Positions 30,626 to 40,027 of a DNA stretch of 64,000 nucleotides are shown in pieces (positions within the stretch are counted from its first letter, which is position 1; every line of letters starts with the position of its first letter). The notes under the pieces were generated by a model. That model did not search any database. It saw nothing but the letters and a program-made list of their open reading frames with translations, and had not been told where the DNA came from. A program made the translations under genes and the position numbers. This stretch comes from Candidatus Multivorans sp. (lineage in GTDB: Bacteria; Acidobacteriota; Thermoanaerobaculia; Multivoradales; Multivoraceae). Location of the stretch: contig OZ251997.1 in assembly GCA_965247095.1 (NCBI GenBank), positions 3,488,001 through 3,552,000 of the forward strand. The letters are read 5' to 3'.

Positions 30626-31401
30626 GCGAAAGAACACTGTTCATCGCGTGGCAGGACAAAGAGACGAGCAGGGAGTGGTTTCCGGTAGGACGACTCGATG
30701 CGGATGTCCAACGCTCCAGGTATCGGTTCCGGTACACGGCCGGCGCTGAGCGCGCGAAGAGGGAACGGGGATTCCCGTTGATCACGGAATTCCCTAACCT
30801 GACCGAGGACTACGAAGCTGACAGGCTTTGGGCGCTGTTCAAGAACCGGGTGCTGACGCCACGCCGGCCGGACTTCGAGTCTTATATTCGAAACTTGGGA
30901 TTTGCCGAGAGCACCGTGGATCCCATCGAGATTCTCTCCGTCAACGGCGGACGCCGCGCGACAGATTCTTATGAAGTGTTTCCGAAGATCGACAAGAGAC
31001 CGGACGACTCCTTTTCTTGTCGGTTCTTCCTTCATGGTTGGCGCTATGTGTCAGGCGCCGCGGAGGAACGTCTCGAGTCTCTCAAGCCCGGCGAGAGACT
31101 GACCATTGCCTTGGAACTGACCAACCCCGTCACCGGGATCGCCGTGCAAGTGCAGACCAGCGACTATCTGGTGTTGGGTTGGGCGCCGCGATACCTGGTT
31201 CTCGACCTGACGTCAGCGGTTGCGGAAGCTCCTAGCGAGTACCGCGCGAGTGTCGTGCGCGTGAACCCCCAACCGGCCCCTTCGAGGCAACGTGTGTTGA
31301 TCGAAATGGCCGGGAAGTGGCGGAACCATGAGCCGATGACCGCTCCAGACTTCCTGCCACTAGTGGCTGACGGGGCTGAGTTGGTGGCCGTAGGCGAGTA
31401 G
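30622..31401 (+). CDS. HipS-like/HIRAN domain protein
   Basis: WFPVGRL, FKNRVLTPRRPD, GGRRATDSYEVFP, FFLHGWRY, LGWAPRYL; ATGA coupling to the kinase. Confidence 0.8.
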   Translation: MSERTLFIAWQDKETSREWFPVGRLDADVQRSRYRFRYTAGAERAKRERGFPLITEFPNLTEDYEADRLWALFKNRVLTPRRPDFESYIRNLGFAESTVDPIEILSVNGGRRATDSYEVFPKIDKRPDDSFSCRFFLHGWRYVSGAAEERLESLKPGERLTIALELTNPVTGIAVQVQTSDYLVLGWAPRYLVLDLTSAVAEAPSEYRASVVRVNPQPAPSRQRVLIEMAGKWRNHEPMTAPDFLPLVADGAELVAVGE

Positions 31402-31512
31402 GTTTGCGACGCCGGCCTGTGGTCGGCGTACCCAGTGCCGATCGCCTCCCCGGATAGGCTCTCTTCGACCCGTTCCCGCGCCGCCACGTCCCCACCGCAG
31501 GAGACCTTTCCC

Positions 31513-31848
31513 ATGACCGACACCGCCGCCGCCGTCAGCGACATCTTCGCGCAGATGCCCAGCCGTCTCGACCCGGAAGCCGCCGCCGGTCTCGACGCCG
31601 TGATCCAGTTCGACCTCTCGGGCGAAGGCGGCGGCGTCTGGCACTGCGCGATCAAGGACGGCGCCTGCACCGCCGGCGAGGGCGCCCACGAGGCGCCGAC
31701 GATGACCGTGTCGATGGAAGCGGCCGACTACGTCGAGCTCACCGCCGGCAGCCTGGACGGCATGACGGCGTTCATGAGCGGCCGCCTGCGCATCGCCGGC
31801 GACATGGGTCTGGCGATGCAGATGCAGAACCTCTTCCGGATGGGTTGA
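31513..31848 (+). CDS. SCP2 sterol-binding domain protein
   Basis: IQFDLSGEGGGVW, DGMTAFMSGRLRIAGDMGLAM; AGGAG RBS. Confidence 0.92.
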   Translation: MTDTAAAVSDIFAQMPSRLDPEAAAGLDAVIQFDLSGEGGGVWHCAIKDGACTAGEGAHEAPTMTVSMEAADYVELTAGSLDGMTAFMSGRLRIAGDMGLAMQMQNLFRMG

Positions 31849-31892
31849 CGCGGCGGCGGCACTACGGACAGCCCGGCGAAGGTTGGACTACC

Positions 31893-32528
31893 TCAGTCGC
31901 CGAACAAGTCCCGAAGCCACTTGGCGAAGTCACCCGCGAGCGGGACATCGTCCGCGTTCAGCGCTCCCGCGCTGACGGCGAGACCCATGCGTCCAGGCGT
32001 CTTCTGCGCCGCGAGCCACGCATGCACTCCTGCCTTCAAGGCCTTGTGAGATTGGAACTTGCGGTCACTCTCCGGGATGGAGGCGATGTACTGCGTGGCC
32101 AAGGGCCACAAGGGATCCTCTGCCGGTATCAGCTTCCTGACGAAGTCTTCCAGTTCGCCGTGCTTCCTGTTGTCCGGCATCAACCAGATGCCAACGCGAG
32201 GCCAGATGCCAACGCGAGGCCTGCCCTCGATCACTGTACCGGTCGGGCCGGGGGGCTTTGGTGTTCGGATGCCGATCTTGTGTAACTCGTCGACGATCTC
32301 TTGCCACCGACTCCTCACGTTCTCGTCGGCATCTGCCAGGATGCCGACGGCCCGTCGACCTGACGTTTTGATTTCCCCGGTAATGCCCGAACGAAGCCTG
32401 GGGAAGCCTCCCCTGCTCTCGGTGCTGAAGTTCTCCGCGATTCCGCAACGCCTACTGAAGTGCCGAACGAAGTGCTCGTCGTCTGTCCCCTCCACGAGGA
32501 GGATGCGCGGTGGCGAGTCTCTGGGCAT
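31893..32528 (-). CDS. DUF3226-like TOPRIM-type protein
   Basis: LLVEGTDD, GILADAD, GIWLMPDN..GELEDF, KAGVHAWLA; directly after an ATPase gene. Confidence 0.8.
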   Translation of the reverse strand: MPRDSPPRILLVEGTDDEHFVRHFSRRCGIAENFSTESRGGFPRLRSGITGEIKTSGRRAVGILADADENVRSRWQEIVDELHKIGIRTPKPPGPTGTVIEGRPRVGIWPRVGIWLMPDNRKHGELEDFVRKLIPAEDPLWPLATQYIASIPESDRKFQSHKALKAGVHAWLAAQKTPGRMGLAVSAGALNADDVPLAGDFAKWLRDLFGD

Positions 32529-32531
32529 CCT

Positions 32532-33667
32532 CTACCTGACTTCAATGCCCTGATCGGCGGCCGTTTCCAGCTCTTCCTCGGAGTACTCGACCGCGCGAAT
32601 CCCTTCCTCGTCGCGTTCGAGTCGAACGAGGGCGCCGTCGATGTCTTCGGATTCCACTGCCGCCCGGGCAAAGCCCTTCACGCAGTCCCAGCTATGGGTG
32701 GTTGCGAGGACCTGTACGTTTCCCTCGTGAGCTGCGCGCAGGACCATGCGCCAGTACGCCGTTTGGACTGCGTAGTGGAGGCCGTTCTCTGCTTCGTCGA
32801 TGACCAGGATGCCGTCGCGACTGTTGGTCAGCGCCAAAGCGACGCCGAACATTCGCGTTGCGCCGTCGCCGAGGCTTTTCAGGGGGACGGGTCGGGCATG
32901 CGCCCGCAGCTTCACGACCACGCGCCTGCTAAGGCGCGGCCGTGGCCCATCGCTACCGACTAGGGCGACTCGCTCGATCTCGTCTCCGAGAATCGGTCGC
33001 AGGGCCTGTACCGAGAAGTCCTCGTCCTTGGTTAGTGCGACGTTGTCCCAGAATCGAGCCAAGTCGTTGTTGTTCACCACATCTGGGCCCAGGGACTCAC
33101 ACTCGACGGCTTCCGGCCACTCGCTCTCGGCACGCCGACTGCGGAAGTAGGAAGATCCACGGAAGGTGCCGCGTCGTTCGCCCCGTCCCATCCAAGGCAG
33201 GAACATCTCACTATCTCGGAACCGGATCTTCAGAGCCTGACCATCGGAGTCGGCCGATAGGTCCGCAAGGAGCTTCATCTGGTCTTCCGACCAGTCCCCC
33301 GGCATCGATTCCTCGACTGTCAACTTGTCCTTTCCGGTTTCCGGGCCGATCGCGATGGCTGCCGCCCGTGTCGTGCCCCGGCCGTGAAACAGAGCGGCAA
33401 GGTCAGCGAAGACCAACGGATGTCGGTCCTCGTCGGAGGCAGCTACGCCGAACTCCTCGCGTCCATCCAACAAGTCGTGCAGGACTTTCGGGCGTCCTCG
33501 GGCGGCATAGGTCCGCACGGCATCAAGCACTGTGGTTTTGCCGACGCCGTTTTGCCCAGCGAGCAACGTGACGCGGCCAAGGCGACGAATCGATAGGCAG
33601 TCGAGCCCTCGAAACCCGAGACCGACAGGCTGGGAAGGTGTAGGCCGTCGTTCTTCTTGGGGTCCAT
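32532..33667 (-). CDS. ABC-type (AAA_15/AAA_21) ATPase with a frameshift near 33613
   Basis: GQNGVGKT, SLGDG, LVIDEAENGLH, ATTHS; one extra T joins HLPSLSVSGF to RGLDCLSIRRLGRVTLL. Confidence 0.85.
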
Positions 33668-33779
33668 CGTCGGCAGCTTGCTCTAGTGTTCCGCGGCGCC
33701 GATGCTAGCGGAGGATTCGATCGGGTCAACTCCTCACCAACCGACCCGCGAGCCCGACGGTCGGCCTCGACCCCGGTGC

Positions 33780-34958
33780 CTAGCCAAGGGCCTCGGGCCT
33801 CACGACCACCGGCACACCGCCGTAGCGCCCGCCCAGGTAGCCGCGCATCAGGGCTTCGTCCTTCCGTGGACGGTACTCCGACAGTGGCGTCAAACTTGCC
33901 GCTTCCGTCAGCCGGTCCTTCTCCGTGAGCCACACTTGGCCACGGTCCAGCTCTTCCTGGAGCAGGGTGACATCGTGAACGGTCGTCACTAGCTGGCCTC
34001 TACACCGGTTCGCTCCGGCCTGCTGGTTGAAACGCTGCACGAGCGCGGCGACCAGGAAAGGGTGGAGGCTGCGGTCCAGTTCATCGATGACGACCACCCG
34101 GTCGTGTTCGAGAACGTATCCGGCCAGGGCGAAAAAGCGTTGGGTTCCGGCCGACTCCGCCTCCAGTGCCAGGCTGTGCCACTCGCCGCTGCCGCCGGGC
34201 CGGTGAACCAGTTGCAACTCTTCCTTCTCTATGTGCACGTCGTCGAAGGCCATGTCCGCGGCTCTCAGCAACTCCAGCACGCGCCGTTTCGTTTCTTGGT
34301 CTTTGTCAACCGCCCTGGCCGTGTAGACGGGGGGCAAACCGCCGGGGCCGATAGTTCGCAGTTCGCGGAACCAGTCGACGACCGGTCGAAAAGTCTCGCT
34401 GTTCAACTGCACCGCCGTTGACAGGAACAGCGCGTTGGGCCGGGTGTTGTCCCGCCACACGCTCTTTGAGCCGCGAACCGATGGGCCGAACGCATATTCC
34501 TCCTTGCCCGTGTCGGGATCGGTGAAGCGATCCAGCAGCCGGCGCATCCTTCCGCCTGGCGGCCACGCGAGCAACCACTCGCGGTGCACGCGAACAGCGT
34601 CCACCGCGAAGCCGTACTGGTACAGCGTGCCGTCCTGAATGAACGCCGTCTCGAACACCGTCGGGCTCTCCCGGCTCTGGTCATCGAACAGGAAGGGCTC
34701 GTGGGGAATCGCTTCTCCGGCCTGGTTCTCCTTGGACGAGTTCAGGACGAAGTGTCGCGCGAAGCGGAGGCCCTCGACGAACCGGGACTTGCCGCTGCCG
34801 TTGGGACCGTAGAGCGCAGCGACGCGGTTGAGCCGTGGCGCCTGCCGTACGTCCGTGTCGAAGGCGAAGCGGTCAGCCGTTCCCTTGACGGCCTCCATGC
34901 TTAGCTCTTGCTGGTCCCGGAAGCAGGCCCTGTTGGTGATGGAAAAGGCGACAAGCAT
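33780..34958 (-). CDS. RloA-like AAA_21 ATPase
   Basis: FRDQQELSM, YGPNGSGKS, ESAGT, VIDELDRSLHP, YLGGRYGGVP. Confidence 0.85.
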   Translation of the reverse strand: MLVAFSITNRACFRDQQELSMEAVKGTADRFAFDTDVRQAPRLNRVAALYGPNGSGKSRFVEGLRFARHFVLNSSKENQAGEAIPHEPFLFDDQSRESPTVFETAFIQDGTLYQYGFAVDAVRVHREWLLAWPPGGRMRRLLDRFTDPDTGKEEYAFGPSVRGSKSVWRDNTRPNALFLSTAVQLNSETFRPVVDWFRELRTIGPGGLPPVYTARAVDKDQETKRRVLELLRAADMAFDDVHIEKEELQLVHRPGGSGEWHSLALEAESAGTQRFFALAGYVLEHDRVVVIDELDRSLHPFLVAALVQRFNQQAGANRCRGQLVTTVHDVTLLQEELDRGQVWLTEKDRLTEAASLTPLSEYRPRKDEALMRGYLGGRYGGVPVVVRPEALG

Positions 34959-35283
34959 GGGTAGCTCCAGTGAATAAGATGGCAAGTTTACCTGAATCCC
35001 GCAAGAATAGCGAGTTGTTTGCCCTCTGATGCGCGATTAGACGATCACCGCTTCGCGACGGCGTTTTCTCTGAAGCGGGTCAGAAGACCCGCGCACCCAG
35101 TTGCGCCACCGTCGGGGTGGCGACGCTCTCTACTGCAGTTGGGCCCGCATCCGGCGCGCACGAGCCTCGCATCCGGTGCCGCGACCCGCACGCCCCGGCC
35201 CCACCGTCAAACATCCTTGCCCGTTGCGGCGCCCCGCCGCGAACGCTACTCTCCCCAATGCCCCGCCTCTTCCAAGTCACCAC

Positions 35284-36462
35284 TTGGCCGGCCCGCGCAA
35301 TATCGCACTCTGCTTCGACGGCACCTGGAACAGCGACGACAGTGCGTCGCCCACGAATGTCGTCAAAACGAGCCAGGCGCTGCTGCCGCAGACGGCGACG
35401 GGCACATGGCAGCTTGGCTACTACGACCGCGGCGTCGGCACCGGGCGCTTCGACCGGGTGCGGGGCGGGGTGGTGGGGCTGGGCCTCGCCCGGAACGTGG
35501 AACTGGCCTACGTCTGGCTGAGTTCGAACTACCGCCCGGGCGACCGGCTCTTCCTGTTCGGCTACAGCCGCGGGGCCTACACGGCGCGCAGCCTGGCCGG
35601 GTTGCTCGGCCTCTGCGGCGTTCCCGACCCGGAGCGCAGCGCCGCCGCCGGCCTCGGCGTGGCGGATGTCGCGCTCCAGGGCATGGCGATCTATCGCCTG
35701 CTGCCCGGCGCCGACCGCAGCGAACGCGCCGCGTGCCACGTGGAGACCTTCGCCGTGACCGCGGGCGCGGCCGGCCGCCTGGGGCTGCCCGCCGCCGGCC
35801 CCCCGTGCGCGGTCCACTTCATCGGCGTCTGGGACACGGTCGGCGCCCTCGGCGTGCCGGTGACCTGGCTGAACTGGATCGGCGCCCGCCGCCACCGCTT
35901 CCACGACGTGCGGCTCGACCGGCACATCCGGAATGCCTGCCACGCAGTGGCGATCGACGAGGGCCGCCGCCCCTTCGCCCCCAGCCTGTGGACGAACCGG
36001 CCGGCGCCCGGCCAGAACGTGGAGCAGCTCTGGTTCCCGGGCGTTCACAGCGATGTCGGCGGCGGGGGCCCGAGCACCGGGCTCTCCGACTGCGCCCTGC
36101 TCTGGATGTGGAGCAGGGCCCACGCCGCCGGCCTCGCCCTCTGGCCCCATCTCGTCCGCGCCGGCCTGGCGCCCAACGAACTCGGCCCGCGGGGCGACTC
36201 GATGTCCCTGGTCTACCGCCTCTGGGGCCGCTACGACCGGCCGATTGGCGAACGGCAGGAGAACGGCTGGCCCCTGGTTACGGGCGAGAAGGTTCACTAC
36301 TCCACCATGCGGCGCCTGGAGGCCCGGCAAACCAGCGCCTACTGCTACGGAACCGCCGGCCGCACCCTGCTTCCGGCCCTGGAGCGCGACCTGGTCCGCG
36401 TGGCGCCGCCGGCGCCGGGCGAGGAGTACCCCGGAGAGTTCGCCTGGGACATACCGCCGTGA
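35284..36462 (+). CDS. DUF2235 (Tle1-like) alpha/beta hydrolase
   Basis: CFDGTWN, GVGT, FGYSRGAYTAR, GVWDTV, WFPGVHSDVGGG; start uncertain (TTG 35284). Confidence 0.88.
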   Translation: MAGPRNIALCFDGTWNSDDSASPTNVVKTSQALLPQTATGTWQLGYYDRGVGTGRFDRVRGGVVGLGLARNVELAYVWLSSNYRPGDRLFLFGYSRGAYTARSLAGLLGLCGVPDPERSAAAGLGVADVALQGMAIYRLLPGADRSERAACHVETFAVTAGAAGRLGLPAAGPPCAVHFIGVWDTVGALGVPVTWLNWIGARRHRFHDVRLDRHIRNACHAVAIDEGRRPFAPSLWTNRPAPGQNVEQLWFPGVHSDVGGGGPSTGLSDCALLWMWSRAHAAGLALWPHLVRAGLAPNELGPRGDSMSLVYRLWGRYDRPIGERQENGWPLVTGEKVHYSTMRRLEARQTSAYCYGTAGRTLLPALERDLVRVAPPAPGEEYPGEFAWDIPP

Positions 36463-36474
36463 CGGCCGGCTGCG

Positions 36475-36542
36475 CCACACCCCCGCCAGCGGACCCCCTA
36501 ACCCCAATCCCCTCAATAATTTGACTCCCACACCCCCGCCCC
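36475..36542 (-). other. G-quadruplex-like tract with a 13-bp direct repeat
   Basis: Seven runs of 3-5 C on + strand; minus strand GGGG-ATT-GGGG-TTA-GGGGG-N9-GGGGG; CCACACCCCCGCC at 36475 and 36528. Confidence 0.6.
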
Positions 36543-36571
36543 TTGACGTATTCCCCCGAAGGCCCTATAGT
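36543..36571 (+). promoter_or_regulatory. Sigma70-type promoter
   Basis: TTGACG-N17-TATAGT. Confidence 0.8.
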
Positions 36572-36801
36572 GTTGAGCCTCGGAGGAACTGAATTGGCAG
36601 GAAGGCCTTGTCGATCCGCCCGCGCCCCCGGCGTTCTGCGACGTGTAGCGCGACTGGATCTATTCGGCCGTTTCGGCTAGGGTTCCACCTACGATTGGAC
36701 AGACGGCCTTGAAGTCTTTTATCGGGAGGTGATGCGCAGCATCAGCGTGTGACGGTCGGCGGCTCGGTTCAGCCGGGATTCTGATCGTCCAGAGAGAAAC
36801 G

Positions 36802-36917
36802 TCAGCGGCCATGGCAGCGCGGAAACTCCGCATCGCCGATGGCCTGATCTTCGGATCGAAAGAACAACCGGGCCGGCAAACGGCCCGCCCGGTAAACGAA
36901 CGGCGGCTCAAGGCCGC
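36802..36917 (+). promoter_or_regulatory. Structured 5' leader with four consecutive hairpins
   Basis: GGCCAT..ATGGCC; GATC-TTCG-GATC; GGGCCG-GCAAA-CGGCCC; GCGGC-TCAAG-GCCGC; then AAGGAG RBS. Confidence 0.6.
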
Positions 36918-36936
36918 TCAAGGAGAAAACAAACTG

Positions 36937-37941
36937 ATGAAGCTGATGAAGCACATCATGATCGCGCTGGTACTCTGCGCGATTCCTGCGATGGCCTTCG
37001 GTCAGATCGGCTCAGCCGATCCGGCCATGGTCAATGTCGACTGTCCGGACGACGAGTGCCACACGGCCCCCATCTTCAAGGGACAGGGCGGTTTTGTGGG
37101 CGCGGCCGCCATGGACGAGAGCGTAGTCACGGTGATCGTGAGTTGCGGCGCCGTGACGACAAGCATGGAGGCGAACCAGGACGACGAGGGCATCGTCCGT
37201 CAGTTGTTCACCTATGACAACGGTCTCGCATGCGATGACGGCGGCTCGATCGACATCAGCGGCCTTGCAGACGGCGGCTGGTACTGGATCCAGGATGAAA
37301 CGAACGCGGCGGTGTCCAGCTTGTACGCCAAGGACACCCTGGGCGACGACATAACCATGCCGACCAATCCGGGCGGCGTCGAGATGACGGTGGAGGCTTA
37401 TGCAACCTACGTCAGGGACCCGAACAGTGGTCGTGTCGGGATCATCCCGCACGTCCTGCCGATGCCGCCGATGCCGGCGTGCAGTCCCGACCTGCAGAAC
37501 AACTGCATGGTGAATGCTGCCTACAGCCTGGCTCTCACTGACGATGCGGACGAGGCAGTTGGTGATGCGGTGGAGCGCGGTGCGGCCCCGGTCGTGGTCA
37601 CGCCAAGTGTCGCGGCGACTGGCAACTTGGAGGATGGCACTGGAGAGGCCTTCTCGGCCACAATCGGGGGGGGACTTACAAACGGAGTCACACAAGCGAC
37701 CGGGACAGTCACCATTGCCGCAGCGGGCGCTAGTGACGATCGCTGTCTCGCCACCAACATCGACAGAGGTACCCCGATCATGGTCACCGTCAGCGCCGAT
37801 ACTTCCGGTGCAACCGGGTACATCCCCGAAGTGGGGGCTCTCGCCGATCGGTCGTTCATGGTCACCTGCCCCCCCGTGGCGGCAGCGTCGAACCAGGGCG
37901 TGGACCTCGTTCCCGAGAACCCGTTCCCGGTCGGCCGGTAA
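36937..37941 (+). CDS. Secreted acidic Cys-containing protein, unknown family, copy A
   Basis: Signal peptide; blocks VNVxCPxDxCH, GGFVG, GIVRQL, GGWYWI, SGRVGIIPH shared with downstream paralogs. Confidence 0.85.
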   Translation: MKLMKHIMIALVLCAIPAMAFGQIGSADPAMVNVDCPDDECHTAPIFKGQGGFVGAAAMDESVVTVIVSCGAVTTSMEANQDDEGIVRQLFTYDNGLACDDGGSIDISGLADGGWYWIQDETNAAVSSLYAKDTLGDDITMPTNPGGVEMTVEAYATYVRDPNSGRVGIIPHVLPMPPMPACSPDLQNNCMVNAAYSLALTDDADEAVGDAVERGAAPVVVTPSVAATGNLEDGTGEAFSATIGGGLTNGVTQATGTVTIAAAGASDDRCLATNIDRGTPIMVTVSADTSGATGYIPEVGALADRSFMVTCPPVAAASNQGVDLVPENPFPVGR

Positions 37942-38181
37942 GGGAACAACAGGGTCTTGTGGCCTGAGGGTCTTCAAGAGACCTCTCGGGACATAGAGAA
38001 CCACTTTTGAGCGGCGCCTCCGCGTCGGGTATTCGCCCGGTGCGGAGGTTGCCGCTCTTCTTCTATCTGGCGACCCTCGGCCCGCTAATGCTCCGCTAAT
38101 GCTGTAGAGTCCCAGGTCCCCAGGTCCGATCTGCCGGGATCGCGTCCGTGAGTGCCGGCAGGCGCCAAGGAGAACGAACAG

Positions 38182-38270
38182 ATGAGGACCCTCTTTGTCG
38201 GCGTGTTGCTCGGCGCCGTTCCGGCGGTGGCGGTGAGCCAGGTCGGTGAGGCCGAACCGGCGACCGTCGC
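38182..38270 (+). pseudogene. N-terminal stub of the same family, copy B
   Basis: AAGGAGAACGAACAG-ATG then MRTLFVGVLLGAVPAVAVSQVGEAEPATV versus MKHIMIALVLCAIPAMAFGQIGSADPAMV in copy A. Confidence 0.65.
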
Positions 38271-38381
38271 GGCCGGGGGCCCCTGCGTCGGGCAGGAGAA
38301 CGTGTCCAACCACGGCCCGCCGCGCCCTCGTGGCGTCATCGTTGCCGGATCCAGGGTCGTGCGACGGCCCCGAACGGGGGT

Positions 38382-39410
38382 TTGACGCGGTTGAAGCAGA
38401 TCTTCGCTCATCTCCTGGTCGGTACGGTTCCCGCACTGGCGTTGGGCCAGAGCGTCAACGTCGTGTGCCCTGCCGATGCCTGTCACTTCGCACCCTACTT
38501 CCGGGGTGAAGGCGGCTTCGTTGGCGAGCGGGCGCCGACTCACGTGGACGACGGTGGCGAGCCGCTGCCGATCCGATTCGTGCTGGATTGCGGGCGGGTG
38601 ACGGTGTCCGGCGAGTTCGAGCCGGACGCGGACGGAATTGTGCGCCAGCTACTGACCGGGCGACAAGGTCTGGCCTGCTGGGGGGACGGCGGTACCTTCG
38701 AGCTTCAAGGTCTCCGCGACGGGGGGTGGTACTGGATCAACGATAGGAGGAACTCCGCGGTCTCCACCCTGTTGAGGCTGGGCGCCCGCGACAATCCGGA
38801 GACGATCCCGCTCGACCCCGGCGGCGTGACGATGAGGACGATCCGTAAGGGCGCCGCGACCTACGTGAAGGACGAGTTGAGCGGCCGCGTCGGCATCGTC
38901 CCGCACATCCTGCCCGTGGCGGAGATTCCGGGTTGCAGCGGTGAGGCGACCGAGGGTGAGGCTTGCGTCCTGGGGTCGCCGGAGGATTGGTCTCTCGTGC
39001 TGACGACGGGCAATAGCGATGCGCCCGTCGGATCGGAGGCGATCGAGCGGGGAGCGAACGTGTCGGTCAAGGTCAGCCTGGTGGGACGCAACTTCGTCAG
39101 GACGGGGACCGTGGTGACGGACATCTCTCTCTCCGGCGGCGCGCGCGGCGGGACGATCCTGAGCGCCCCGGAAGCAGTGACCGTCTCGGGTACTTCGCCG
39201 GACCCCGTCGAGGGCGGCGAGGTGGCGTGGACGGTCCTGGTGGCCGCCGACCCGGACCGCTGCGCCGCGACGCATCCGGACCGGTTCATCGAGCAGGCCG
39301 TTGTGGTTACGGCTTCTGCCGCGTTGACGGGCGCTCTTCCGGCCTTCGCCGCCGGTGAGGGTCCATCGGCCGGCTTCACGATCAACTGCCCGGATTCGGG
39401 CAGCCCGTAG
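38382..39410 (+). CDS. Secreted protein of the same family, copy C
   Basis: TTG start, signal peptide, same conserved blocks, ends FTINCP. Confidence 0.85.
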   Translation: MTRLKQIFAHLLVGTVPALALGQSVNVVCPADACHFAPYFRGEGGFVGERAPTHVDDGGEPLPIRFVLDCGRVTVSGEFEPDADGIVRQLLTGRQGLACWGDGGTFELQGLRDGGWYWINDRRNSAVSTLLRLGARDNPETIPLDPGGVTMRTIRKGAATYVKDELSGRVGIVPHILPVAEIPGCSGEATEGEACVLGSPEDWSLVLTTGNSDAPVGSEAIERGANVSVKVSLVGRNFVRTGTVVTDISLSGGARGGTILSAPEAVTVSGTSPDPVEGGEVAWTVLVAADPDRCAATHPDRFIEQAVVVTASAALTGALPAFAAGEGPSAGFTINCPDSGSP

Positions 39411-39515
39411 CCGCATCGTCGGTGCGAGCCTTCTGGCCTGCCCATCCGGGGGCTGGGCCATGTCGAGTCCGTGTGCGCCCATAGGCGGTGCATCTAGCTG
39501 ACGTGATATATCGAT

Positions 39516-40027
39516 GGTTTGAAGGCCGGCGGCTGGTACTGGATCGACGACGTGACGAGCTCGGCGCTTACGGCCCTGATCCCGAAGGACATCCTCGGAA
39601 ACGACCAGATGGAGCCCACCGATCCGGACGGGGTCACGCTCCGTACCGCGGAGGACGGCGTCGCCACTTTCGTCAAGCACACGCCGAGCGGGCGGGTCGG
39701 CATCATCCCCCACATCGTTCCCGAGAAGCCGCTCCCCGGTTGCACCGGCGCGGTGGGAGAGGCCTCGGCCGCCGACTGCCATCTGGGGTCACCGTCACCC
39801 TGATGGGAGCGAAGTTCCTCACCAGCGGCACGGTCTACGCGACGGCGGTCGCCGACTTCCATTCCAGCGTGCAGGCGGTCTCCATCTCGGTCGCCACCGT
39901 CGAGGAGGTCATCCCGCCGCTCGACGCAGGTGGCATCGAGATGACATTCACGATCAACTGTCCATATAGCTCGGCGGCAAGCATGGGCGCGGCACTTGTG
40001 CCCGAGAACCTGTTCCCGGTGGACAAG
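39516..40027 (+). pseudogene. 5'-truncated, internally deleted member of the same family, copy D
   Basis: GLKAGGWYWIDD..SGRVGIIPH..CHLGSP, frame change near 39790, then FTINCP..LVPENLFPV. Confidence 0.8.
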
